From Candidatus Levyibacteriota bacterium (GTDB taxonomy: Bacteria > Patescibacteriota > Microgenomatia > Levybacterales > UBA12049), in the NCBI GenBank assembly GCA_003173895.1, contig PJMG01000002.1:26974-90973 (forward strand): 64,000 bases of DNA, written 5' to 3'. Of the stretch, positions 1-9,700 are shown piece after piece. The notes below the pieces were generated by a model that was given only the letters and a program-made list of their open reading frames with translations, was not told the DNA's origin and made no database searches. The position numbers and the translations under genes were made by a program. How positions within the stretch are numbered: the stretch's first letter is position 1; each line of letters opens with the position of its first letter.

Positions 1-148
1 AAATTTCTGTATAAGGCTCCGGCTCCGGAATTAACTCCCACTTTTTAAGATTATCAATAATATTTGCTCTAAAATAAAAAAGTAAGGCACTAGCAATAAC
101 TAAAACTAAGGTAATTATTAATACCGTAATTATTAACTTTTTATTCAT
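1..148 (-). CDS. Partial CDS running off the window start. It encodes the N-terminal roughly 49 aa of a protein with one hydrophobic anchor helix, MNKKLIITVLIITLVLVIASALLFYF...
   Basis: ATG is the reverse complement of 146-148. The reading frame stays open to position 1. The N-terminus is hydrophobic. No Shine-Dalgarno sequence was seen. Confidence 0.3.
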   Translation of the reverse strand, partial: MNKKLIITVLIITLVLVIASALLFYFRANIIDNLKKWELIPEPEPYTEI

Positions 149-196
149 ATTCTTTTGTAAAATTTTACTTGCTATATGTAAGAACTGTGTAAATTT

Positions 197-1342
197 TCAT
201 AATAATGTGGATATAAGTTTATAAGTTTTTTCAACTTGTTTATCCCACGTGAAATTTTCTATAACTTTTTTGTATCCTTCTTCTCCCAATTTTTTAGCTA
301 ACTTAGAATTTTTTATAAGTTTTTCAATGGCAGTTGCTAAAGCTTCTGAGTTTTTAGGAGGGACTAAAATACCAGTTTTATTATTATCTACCACAAACGG
401 AATTCCACCAACTTTAGTAGCTATTACTGGTTTCTTTGATATCCCAGCTTCTATTAAAACAATCCCAAATCCTTCGGAATTATTTATGGTAGGAAGGACA
501 ACCAAAGAAGCATTTTTGTAGTATAAAGGCAACATTTTATCTGTTACGTTTTCTGCAAACACAATGTCTTTATTGATATTTAATTTAGTAGCAAGTCCCT
601 CAAAATAATTTTTATTATTGCCTTTACCAACAATGACTAATTTCAATATCGTATTTCTTTTTTTTAAAATACAAATGGCTGATAACAAATAATCTAATCC
701 TTTATGACTATGAGTTTTATCTAATTGCCCTACAAATAATATATAACCTGAAGAAATGGAAAATTTAATATTTCTTATTTTTTCAAACCTGTCTTTATAA
801 ACACCAGGCGGCACAATAGAAATTTTGTTTAAATATTTTTTAAGATATGGTGAATTATTTGCATAATATGCAGAAGAGCAAATAATTTTTTTGGAATTTT
901 TAAAGATAAAATTCCCAACTGTTTTGTAATAAAATTTAAGAATATTATTTATTAAGTTGGAATTTTTAAATAAATCATTTTGGTAAGTTAAAACAAAAGG
1001 AATTTTATTTACTTTAGCCAGAAATCCTCCTAAATCTGCCATAAATGGTACTGGAGTGTGTCCATTAATTAGATCCGGCTTTTCTTTATTAATAATTTTT
1101 TGAACGTAAAAAAACCATAAAATATTAATTGGTGTATTGGATAGTTTAAACCAAGTTGGTAAGCGATAAATTTTTATTCTACCTAAATTATCTTCTTCAT
1201 ATTTGTTGTTTATATGGTTAGAAGTAATAACTACCACATCAATCTTATATCGTTCATTTAACCCTCTTAAAATAGCTAAAGCATAATTTTCTAGGCCGCC
1301 AATTTTAGGATAAAAGTATGGAATAGTAACTAATATTTTCAT
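197..1342 (-). CDS. Glycosyltransferase, GT4 family (GT-B fold)
   Basis: 381-aa ORF. Its C-terminal block EGFGIVLIEAGISKKPVIATKVGGIPFVV is typical of Glycos_transf_1. Confidence 0.7.
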   Translation of the reverse strand: MKILVTIPYFYPKIGGLENYALAILRGLNERYKIDVVVITSNHINNKYEEDNLGRIKIYRLPTWFKLSNTPINILWFFYVQKIINKEKPDLINGHTPVPFMADLGGFLAKVNKIPFVLTYQNDLFKNSNLINNILKFYYKTVGNFIFKNSKKIICSSAYYANNSPYLKKYLNKISIVPPGVYKDRFEKIRNIKFSISSGYILFVGQLDKTHSHKGLDYLLSAICILKKRNTILKLVIVGKGNNKNYFEGLATKLNINKDIVFAENVTDKMLPLYYKNASLVVLPTINNSEGFGIVLIEAGISKKPVIATKVGGIPFVVDNNKTGILVPPKNSEALATAIEKLIKNSKLAKKLGEEGYKKVIENFTWDKQVEKTYKLISTLL

Positions 1343-2496
1343 AATTTATAAGCATCAATAATTTGATTAACTATTAAATTCCAATCATATTTTTTAGCAA
1401 TTGCTACTATTTTTTCTTTATTAAGTGAATGTTTTAATAAATAAGTGGCTTTTTTTGCAAATATTTTTGGATTCAAGTTAATGCTATATCCATTTACTCC
1501 ATTACTAATTAAATCTTTAGCGGCATTTGATGGATCATTGGTAGTGATAACAGGAATACCTAAAGCATTAGCTTCCAAAACTACTAATCCAAAGCCTTCT
1601 CTAGTAGATGGAAAAACAAAAATTTTGGATGATTTAATTAATTGAAATAATTTCTTGTGATCATCAAAAAAACTATATACTTTTATATTATTATTTAAAT
1701 TGTTTAATTCAATTTGTTTAATTAATACTGCTTTTTCAGGTCCATCACCAATAATTAAACATAAAATATTAGGAAATTCTTTTTTTAAAATTTTTACACT
1801 ATCAATTAAAACATTTACATTCTTATGACTTAAAAGTCTGCCTGCGAAAATTAAATCCGAAGATTCCTTATCCTTTTTAATATTTAGAAATTCATTAAAA
1901 TTTATACCACATGGAACAGTAATAACTTTTACATTTTTATTCAATAAAATTTTAAATAAATTTGTAGTATGCGAAGAAATGGAGATGATTTTATCCGGTA
2001 AATAAGAACTAATTTTTTCTATAAATGCTCCTAAAACTCCCATTTTACCCATATAAGAAATCCAATAATCTTTTCCCCACACTTCATTCCATGATGCAAG
2101 AAACTTTTTTCTTTTAAATACGCAAACAATTTTTAGAGGAAATAACACTAAGTGAGGCATGTGATCAGCATCTAAAATATCAAAATCTTCTGAAATTAGC
2201 TTGAAACAGTTTAATCCAAAAAAAATTGCTTCTTTTATAGATCTTCTTTCCCCTGAATATAGTGGATATAAAGGACTAATAGCCTTTAATATTAATCCAT
2301 TTTCTCGCTTAGTCGCCTCACCTTCCCACCATTTCATGGTATAAACAATTACTTGGTAACCCCTTTTAGCCAGTCGGGTAGAAATTTCATAGATACGTTT
2401 TTCTTTACCTCCCTTGTTATATGGATAAATAGCATCACTTACTATTGCTATTTTTTTTATTTTATTAGACAAGGGCTGCAGCATATCAATAGTCAA
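1339..2496 (-). CDS. Glycosyltransferase, GT4 family
   Basis: 385-aa ORF with block PSTREGFGLVVLEANALGIPVITT. It overlaps the downstream GT4 gene by 4 nt. Confidence 0.7.
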   Translation of the reverse strand: MTIDMLQPLSNKIKKIAIVSDAIYPYNKGGKEKRIYEISTRLAKRGYQVIVYTMKWWEGEATKRENGLILKAISPLYPLYSGERRSIKEAIFFGLNCFKLISEDFDILDADHMPHLVLFPLKIVCVFKRKKFLASWNEVWGKDYWISYMGKMGVLGAFIEKISSYLPDKIISISSHTTNLFKILLNKNVKVITVPCGINFNEFLNIKKDKESSDLIFAGRLLSHKNVNVLIDSVKILKKEFPNILCLIIGDGPEKAVLIKQIELNNLNNNIKVYSFFDDHKKLFQLIKSSKIFVFPSTREGFGLVVLEANALGIPVITTNDPSNAAKDLISNGVNGYSINLNPKIFAKKATYLLKHSLNKEKIVAIAKKYDWNLIVNQIIDAYKL

Positions 2497-3262
2497 GATC
2501 AGAACTTATAAAAAAAGGAGCGGATTTTTTACTATAGTCCGTTTGTAATCTATGTGGTTTCCAGAAAATATTTTTAAAAAACATATTTAAAATTATTAAA
2601 CCATCTCTTATAGCTTCCACTTTAGTCTCACCTTCGCGTTTGTCATAAGTTATAGGCACAGAACATATTTCATAACCTAGACGAACCATTTTAGTAATCA
2701 TTTCCATTTCAATAGAAAATCCATCAGATTCTAGATATGGTTTTAGTTCATCAATTACATTTTTTTTCCATGCAAAATATCCACTTAATACATCCGTAGT
2801 ATTTGCGTTATAAAAATGTCTAACTAAAAATGTATATCCCCAATTAGCAATTCTATTTTTTAAAAACAATGAATTCTCCTTTAATTTACCCCCTAATCTA
2901 GATCCTATTACTACATCAGCAAAATCACTTTCTAAAGGTTCTATCATGCGAATGATTTCACTCCCTTTATAAGTATTATCACCATCCAACATGACTATAA
3001 AATCAGTATCCTGACTTAAATAACTAAATCCGGTTCGTAAAGCATTACCTTTACCCTTTTTAGTTTCATTAATAACATAAGCTCCTTTTTCTCTAGCAAT
3101 AGCTTCAGTACCATCAGTAGAATTATTATTTATTACAATAATTTCTATTAAATATCCCAATTGTTTAAGCTTTGATTTTGGAAGATTATCAATGACCTTT
3201 CCTATTCCATCTTCTTCATTATGACATGGGATTAAAACTGTTAACTTTTTATTCATTTTCAT
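2486..3262 (-). CDS. GT2 polyprenyl-phosphate sugar transferase (DPM1/GtrB-like)
   Basis: N-terminal block LTVLIPCHNEEDGIGKVI with a DGD motif in MLDGDNTY. The length of 258 aa fits the DPM1/GtrB type. Confidence 0.7.
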   Translation of the reverse strand: MKMNKKLTVLIPCHNEEDGIGKVIDNLPKSKLKQLGYLIEIIVINNNSTDGTEAIAREKGAYVINETKKGKGNALRTGFSYLSQDTDFIVMLDGDNTYKGSEIIRMIEPLESDFADVVIGSRLGGKLKENSLFLKNRIANWGYTFLVRHFYNANTTDVLSGYFAWKKNVIDELKPYLESDGFSIEMEMITKMVRLGYEICSVPITYDKREGETKVEAIRDGLIILNMFFKNIFWKPHRLQTDYSKKSAPFFISSDLDY

Positions 3263-3415
3263 ACTATTATTTTATGTTTATTAAAAAACATATCAACTAA
3301 CTTAGCAATTACAATGTAAGAAATTGTCGTAATTCTTTTATAGAAAATGTGTAAGAAGATTGTAAAAGTATACTAGCGTCTGGAATTAAAAAGGGTAAAA
3401 TGTTACTATTTCTTT

Positions 3416-4213
3416 ATGAATCAATTATCAATTGATGTAAGAAATGTTTCTAAAATATTTAAAGGATTTACTGCGGTAAATAATATTTCATTCTCAGTAA
3501 AAAAAGGAGAAATTTTTGCCTTTCTAGGTCCAAATGGAGCTGGAAAAAGTACTACTATAAAGATGTTAACCACTCTTCTTAGTCCAACTAAAGGTGAAAT
3601 TTTGGTAAATGGTTTTAATACTCAAAATCAGAAAAATGAAGTTAGAAAATCTTTTGGAATAGTTTTCCAAGATCCTAGCATTGATGACCAATTAACTGCT
3701 AATGAAAATATGAGAATTCATGCTGCTTTATATAATGTTCCAAAGGAAATGGTAAAAGTACGAATAGAAGAACTTTTAAAATTTGTAGATTTATATGATA
3801 AAAGAAATGAGTTAGTAAAGACCTTTTCAGGAGGAATGAGAAGAAGGTTAGAAATAGCCCGTGGTTTACTTCACACACCAGCAGTTCTATTTTTAGATGA
3901 ACCTACTTCAGGATTGGATCCTCAAACTAGAAATAGTATGTGGGAATATATTGAAGCTATTAATAAAGAGAATAATATGACTATATTTTTTACTACACAC
4001 TATTTAGAAGAAGCAGAAAAAAATGCTCAAAAAATCGCTATTATAGATCATGGAAAAATTATTGCTCAAGGAACTTCAAAAGAGCTAGAAAAGCAAACAA
4101 AAACTAAAACATTAGAAGAAGCTTTCTTAAAAATGACTGGCAAAAAAATCAGAGAAGATGAAACTGGAAATGAAATAGCCAAATTAAGAATGGTTATGCG
4201 TCATAGACAATAA
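3416..4213 (+). CDS. ABC transporter ATP-binding protein (ABC-2/Wzt/TagH-like, short form)
   Basis: Walker A is GPNGAGKST. The ABC signature is FSGGMRRRLEIARGL. Walker B is LFLDEPTSGLD. Confidence 0.85.
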   Translation: MNQLSIDVRNVSKIFKGFTAVNNISFSVKKGEIFAFLGPNGAGKSTTIKMLTTLLSPTKGEILVNGFNTQNQKNEVRKSFGIVFQDPSIDDQLTANENMRIHAALYNVPKEMVKVRIEELLKFVDLYDKRNELVKTFSGGMRRRLEIARGLLHTPAVLFLDEPTSGLDPQTRNSMWEYIEAINKENNMTIFFTTHYLEEAEKNAQKIAIIDHGKIIAQGTSKELEKQTKTKTLEEAFLKMTGKKIREDETGNEIAKLRMVMRHRQ

Positions 4214-4219
4214 TTTATT

Positions 4220-4963
4220 ATGAAAGCAATTTATATTTTATGGCTTAGACAAGTTATTAGATATTTTAGAACTAGATCCAGAATAATTGGTGCTTTAGGT
4301 CAACCACTATTATTCTTGTTTGCACTAGGGTATGGATTAGGTCCAATTTTTGCTAAAGCAGGCAATGGAAATTATATAGAATTTTTAGTGCCGGGAGTTG
4401 TAGCACAAAGCATACTCTTTACTTCACTTTTTTCTGGTATTGACGTAATTTGGGATAAGCAATTCGGATTTTTAAAAGAAACTTTAGCTGCTCCTGTATC
4501 TAGACTCGAAATAATGTTAGGAAGATCATTGGGAGGAGCAACTGTAGCTGTTTTTCAAGGAATTATAGTTTTTCTTTTGTCATTTTTAGCAGGATTTAAA
4601 CCCAAAAATTGGGAATCTATTTTTATCATTTTTATTATGTTTTTAATGGCATTATTTTTCACAAGTCTGGGTACAGCTATAGCTTCTCTTTTAGATGATT
4701 TACAGGGTTTTCAACTTATAATGAATTTTTTAGTTATGCCACTTTTTTTCTTATCTGGTTCTCTTTTTCCACTTAATAATGCACCATATGTTTTAAAAAT
4801 TATAGCGTCCTTTGATCCTTTAAGTTTCGGCGTAGATGCTATAAGATTTTTATTAACCGGTACAACTCAATTTGGATTACCAATTGATATAACTGTGTTA
4901 TCTATTTGTACCGTAGTAATGGTAACGATGGGCGCTTGGTTATTTTCCAAAATAGAAATATAA
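4220..4963 (+). CDS. ABC-2 type transporter permease (Wzm/TagG-like)
   Basis: 247-aa protein with 6 predicted TM segments. It sits immediately downstream of the ATPase gene. Confidence 0.7.
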   Translation: MKAIYILWLRQVIRYFRTRSRIIGALGQPLLFLFALGYGLGPIFAKAGNGNYIEFLVPGVVAQSILFTSLFSGIDVIWDKQFGFLKETLAAPVSRLEIMLGRSLGGATVAVFQGIIVFLLSFLAGFKPKNWESIFIIFIMFLMALFFTSLGTAIASLLDDLQGFQLIMNFLVMPLFFLSGSLFPLNNAPYVLKIIASFDPLSFGVDAIRFLLTGTTQFGLPIDITVLSICTVVMVTMGAWLFSKIEI

Positions 4964-4999
4964 AATTATGTGTAAAGATGAATAATTAGAAAGTTAATT

Positions 5000-6082
5000 T
5001 TATTTAAAATATTTATCTCTAACTTTAAGTATAGGTTTTTCTATAAATAAATAAGTTATAGTTGAAGTCAAAAATGTAGATATCAAGGCAAAAGGAATCA
5101 AAACTACATTTGAAAAATGTTTACCTAAAATTACAATTATTAGTGTAAAAATTTCTAAATGAATTAAGTATAAAGAATATGAAATCAAACTAGTCCAAGT
5201 AATAAATTTTCCTAGATATTTAAATCTTTTAAAGAAATTTTCAATCGCTTGGCTATTTTCTATAAAAGGAATTAAAAGAGCTATAATAAAACTGATTATA
5301 CTAAAACCAAAAGTTCGAAGAAAAAAAGACTTATCTAATCCTGATTGCATAAAAACATACGTATAATAGATTCCACTTAATAATAAAAACACAAAGGATA
5401 TCAAGAACACTTTCCCTTTTTGTAATACTTTATAAAAATTATTAAAATTTAACTTTATAAAAGCTAAAAGTACACCAAAAAGTAGTGAATCAAAACGGAA
5501 AGGAATAAAAACTCTAACCACTTCAAACGCTGGATTAAATATTAAGATATAGAGAAAACGCAAAATTATTATGAGAAATATGACAAATATTAATTGAAGA
5601 AATAATTTTCTAGTAGAGTTTTTTAATAAAAATGAAATATAGAAAAATACTGGTAGTAAAAAGTAAAACCATTCTTCTATAGATAAACTCCAAGCTATAC
5701 TAAAAAAGAATCTTTCATTAAGATTGAAATTTTGTAAAAACAAAAAGTGCCATAAATGAAAATTATTATTTTTATAAACTATTTCACTACCGATTATAAA
5801 TAAAATTAAAATTCCATAATATAAGGGTAGTGTTCTTAACCATCTTTTTGCATAAAATTTTTTAACTTTTTCCCAAGAAAAATCTTTATCTAGTGATCTA
5901 AGTCCAATCTGACCAATTAAAAATCCACTTAAAACAAAGAAAATCTCTACACCATAAAAACCTAGAACCTCTAATGGATTGAGATTCACGAGAGCAGGGA
6001 AGAAATAACCTACATGATCAATTAAAACCAATATTATGGCACTGGCTCGAATAAGATCTAATCCGAAGTTTCTTGATTTCAT
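5000..6082 (-). CDS. Acyltransferase family 3 (OafA-like) integral membrane O-acyltransferase
   Basis: N-terminal block FGLDLIRASAIILVLIDHVGYFF is characteristic of Acyl_transf_3. The protein is multi-pass. Confidence 0.65.
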   Translation of the reverse strand: MKSRNFGLDLIRASAIILVLIDHVGYFFPALVNLNPLEVLGFYGVEIFFVLSGFLIGQIGLRSLDKDFSWEKVKKFYAKRWLRTLPLYYGILILFIIGSEIVYKNNNFHLWHFLFLQNFNLNERFFFSIAWSLSIEEWFYFLLPVFFYISFLLKNSTRKLFLQLIFVIFLIIILRFLYILIFNPAFEVVRVFIPFRFDSLLFGVLLAFIKLNFNNFYKVLQKGKVFLISFVFLLLSGIYYTYVFMQSGLDKSFFLRTFGFSIISFIIALLIPFIENSQAIENFFKRFKYLGKFITWTSLISYSLYLIHLEIFTLIIVILGKHFSNVVLIPFALISTFLTSTITYLFIEKPILKVRDKYFK

Positions 6083-6086
6083 AAAT

Positions 6087-6563
6087 TTATCGCATTTTTA
6101 TTTTCTTAGCAGGAATTCCACCAACTATGCACATTGAAGGAACATCTTTAGTAACTACTGCTCCTGCAGCTATTATGGCCCCTTTACCAATGTGTACCCC
6201 TGGAAGTATAAGCACATTTGCCCCAATCCAAACATTATCTTCAATTACTATCCTATTAAATGGGCCAAAACCTTGATCTATAATAGCCTTTTTTTTGTCG
6301 GAAAAATTATGATTGGCCGTAGTGATAAGCGTATTCTGACCAATTAAAACATTATTTCCAATCTTAATTAGACCGTTATATGAGTCTAATTCTACATCGT
6401 GGTTAATGTATAAATTTGATCCTAAATCAATATTTTCACCTCTTTTGAATCTAAAATTACCTAAAATAACCACATCTTTACCCACTGATTTTAGGAAAAA
6501 AGAATTAATAAAAACTCTTATTTTTACAATAGAGTAAAATAGTTTAATACGAAAAAAATACAT
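6087..6563 (-). CDS. Hexapeptide-repeat (left-handed beta-helix) acetyltransferase
   Basis: Tandem [LIV]G hexapeptide repeats are present, for example [41 protein letters not shown]. Confidence 0.7.
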   Translation of the reverse strand: MYFFRIKLFYSIVKIRVFINSFFLKSVGKDVVILGNFRFKRGENIDLGSNLYINHDVELDSYNGLIKIGNNVLIGQNTLITTANHNFSDKKKAIIDQGFGPFNRIVIEDNVWIGANVLILPGVHIGKGAIIAAGAVVTKDVPSMCIVGGIPAKKIKMR

Positions 6564-6774
6564 AGGCGTATTTTATACTTATAGCAAGCTTTTTACAATA
6601 GACTAAATATTGACTTTGTTTAATTCCAGCAAGCTAATTGCTTATTGCAATCAAGCGTCATTATGCTAAAATATATCTCATAATATGTATTCCAGTAAAT
6701 AAGAAGATACCTGAATTCATTTTTGCTCTGCCCTACGTTTTCTTCGCGTAAGTATTCTGGATAACTTATATGAT

Positions 6775-9700
6775 ATGAGAAAAATATCTGTTGTTATTCC
6801 AGTGTGGAACGAGGAGCAAAATATAGCTTCTTTGGTAAAACGTGTCCATGATAGTCTGTCTAAAGAAAAAATAACTTACGAAATTGTCTTCATTGATGAC
6901 CACTCTACAGATGATACTAAAAAAATACTAAAAACACTTGCTAAGAAATATAATATATCAATTTTTGATAAAGAGGGTAAAAAAGGTAAATCATTTTCTT
7001 TAATAGAAGGTTTTGAAAAAGCTCAAAATGACATTGTAGCTATGATTGACGCTGATCTTCAATATCCACCCGAAGCACTTCCAAAAATGTTAGAAAAAAT
7101 TGAAAAGGGAGAAGCAGATATCGTAGTAGCAAATCGCGTTAAAGTTAATACTTCAAAAATCAGAAAATTTATTAGTCGTAGCTTCCGTTTTATTTTTGGA
7201 AAAGTTTTATTTGGTTTAGAAAATGATATACAAGCAGGATTAAAAGTTTTAAGAAAAGAGTTAATTTATGAAGCTAATATTAACCCAAGTTCTAGCTGGA
7301 CTTTAGACTTAGAGTTGCTTCATAAAGCTAAAAATTTAGGATATGTCATTCAAAATTATGATATATTTTTTGAAAAAAGAAAAAATGGGAAATCTAAGGT
7401 TTCTTTAGTTAAAGCGAGCTTGGAGATAGGACTAAATGCTTTATCTGTAAGACTTAAACCTCTTACACCGACTCATTTACGACCTTCTAGTAGACAATCT
7501 ATGTTAGGTGCAGGAATAAAGCACAGTGGAAGAACTTTTGTCACTCATACTACTCTTCATTATTCTCAATCTGCACTTCAAACATTTATTTTTAAACAGA
7601 AAATTTTTATTTTTATAGCAATAATAGCCACTTTAACCGGCCTTATTTTAAATCCGATTTTAACACTTCAAATAATTATTGGTATTTTAAGTTTTATTTA
7701 TTTTATCGATGTTTGTTTTAATTTTTACCTCATTATAAAAAGTCTTCATCAACCTCAGGAAATAACTACTAGCGAAGAAGAATTAGCCCAAATTAATGAA
7801 TCCAAGCTACCAATTTATTCTATACTCTGTCCACTTTATAAAGAAGCTCATATCATACCACAGTTTTTAGAATCTATTGATAAGCTGGATTATCCGAAAA
7901 ATAAACTTGATGTTATGCTTCTTTTAGAGGAAGATGATCAAACTTCTATTGATACTGTAAAACAAATGCCTCTCCCTTCTTATGTTAGAATGTTAGTAGT
8001 ACCTAATTCTCAACCTAAAACTAAACCAAAAGCGTGTAACTATGGACTAGCATATGCTAAAGGAGAATATTTAGTTATTTATGATGCAGAAGATATCCCT
8101 GATTCTATGCAACTAAAAAAAGCATATTTAGCATTTAAAAAAGTCGATTCTAAGGTTTTTTGTTTACAAGCTAAACTTAATTATTATAATCCTCATCAGA
8201 ATTTATTAACTAGATTTTTTACTGCTGAGTATTCTTTATGGTTTGATATCACTTTAACTGGACTTCAATCAATCAATACAAGTATTCCTTTGGGTGGAAC
8301 TAGTAATCATTTTAAAACCATAAATTTAAAAAAACTAGAAGGTTGGGATCCATTTAATGTTACGGAAGATGCTGATTTAGGAATAAGACTTTTTAAGCAG
8401 GGTTATAAGACTGCTATAATTGATTCTGTAACTTTAGAAGAAGCCAATAGTAAATGGGGAAATTGGTTAAGACAAAGATCTAGATGGATCAAGGGTTACA
8501 TGCAAACTTATTTGGTCCACACCAGAAATAATCTTAGATTTGCTAAGGAAACTGGTTGGCATTCTTTAATTTTTCAGCTTGTAGTAGGAGGAAAAATAGC
8601 TTTTATTCTTATTAATCCGTTCCTTTGGATAACCACGATTGCTTACTTTAGTTTAAATGCTATTGTAGGACCAACTATTGAATCTTTATATCCTCCATTT
8701 GTATTTTATATGGCAGCTTTTTCTTTAGTAGTTGGTAATTTTCTCTTTTTATATTATTTTATGATTGGAGCAGCTAAGCGTGAACAATGGAGTCTTATTA
8801 AATATATTTTTTTAACTCCCTTTTATTGGTTGATGATAAGTATTGCTGGATGCATTGCTTTATATCAGTTACTATTCAAGCCTCATTATTGGGAAAAAAC
8901 CATTCATGGCTTTTATAAAAATAAAAAGAAAGATGATGATTTAGTAGCCCGTGCTGTAGTAGAAACTAGTGCTATAGAAAATATATCATTCCCTAAAAAA
9001 GTTTGGAAGCAATTTACGTCTAAAATTTTAGAGAAATATTTTGGACAAGGTTTTATTTTGATAATTTCCACAATAATTTCCAATATAGTTAATTATTTTT
9101 ATATCGCATATTTAGGGAGAACTATAAGTTTTCAAGATTTAGCATTAGTCGGTTTAATAAATAGTTTTTATTATATTACTAGTATTCCATTTGGAGCACT
9201 ATTCTCGACAGTTTCATATAAAGGAGCATTTATAGAAGGTAAATACGGGAAAAATTCAGCGAGTACATTTTTTACTCATGCTAAAAAACAGGCTAAAATT
9301 TTCACCATTATCTTTGTAGGCATTTGGATTATTTTTTCTCCTTTTATGGCCAGTTTTTTTAACTTATCTAATATTTTACCTATTTTACTTTTTACATTCG
9401 TTTGGATTGGCGGCTCAGCATATTTTATAAATAGAGGATTTATATTTGGAACATTTGGGTTTATTTCTTTATCACTTATTTATATTTTTGAACCAATAAT
9501 AAAATTCATTTTATCTATTATTTTAGTTCATTATAACTTAGCATATTTTACATACGGTAGTATTCCAATATCATTTTTCTTAGGTTTTCTTCTTAGTGAA
9601 TTTTTAGTAAGAAAAAATAAAAAATTAACTAAAGTCGATTTAGGAAATGATAGTAAATTTCCTTATAAATTCTTTTTTATTTCTACTCTATCGGGTCTTT

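Noticed and set aside
249-521. Short antisense ORFs nested inside well-supported genes (249-521, 1445-1645, 10899-11177, 16038-16331, 18362-18544, 20460-20642, 22633-22974, 25034-25243, 28539-28941, 30318-30503, 35126-35314, 35420-35602, 36410-36595, 39172-39354, 40995-41210, 42787-42975, 44592-44810, 45904-46116, 53062-53253, 54826-55302, 58875-59135, 61692-61925, 63186-63377)
   Set aside because: Each lies entirely within or antisense to a longer ORF that has clear family motifs. Their composition is low-complexity or hydrophobic junk, typical of spurious frames in AT-rich DNA.
6564-6774. Possible structured RNA or riboswitch in the 211-bp divergent region upstream of the giant gene (repeated AGCAAGCT, partial inverted repeats, GC-richer 3' part)
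   Set aside because: No recognisable riboswitch or RNA-family consensus, and the inverted repeats are imperfect. It is most simply two back-to-back promoters with a longish 5' UTR.
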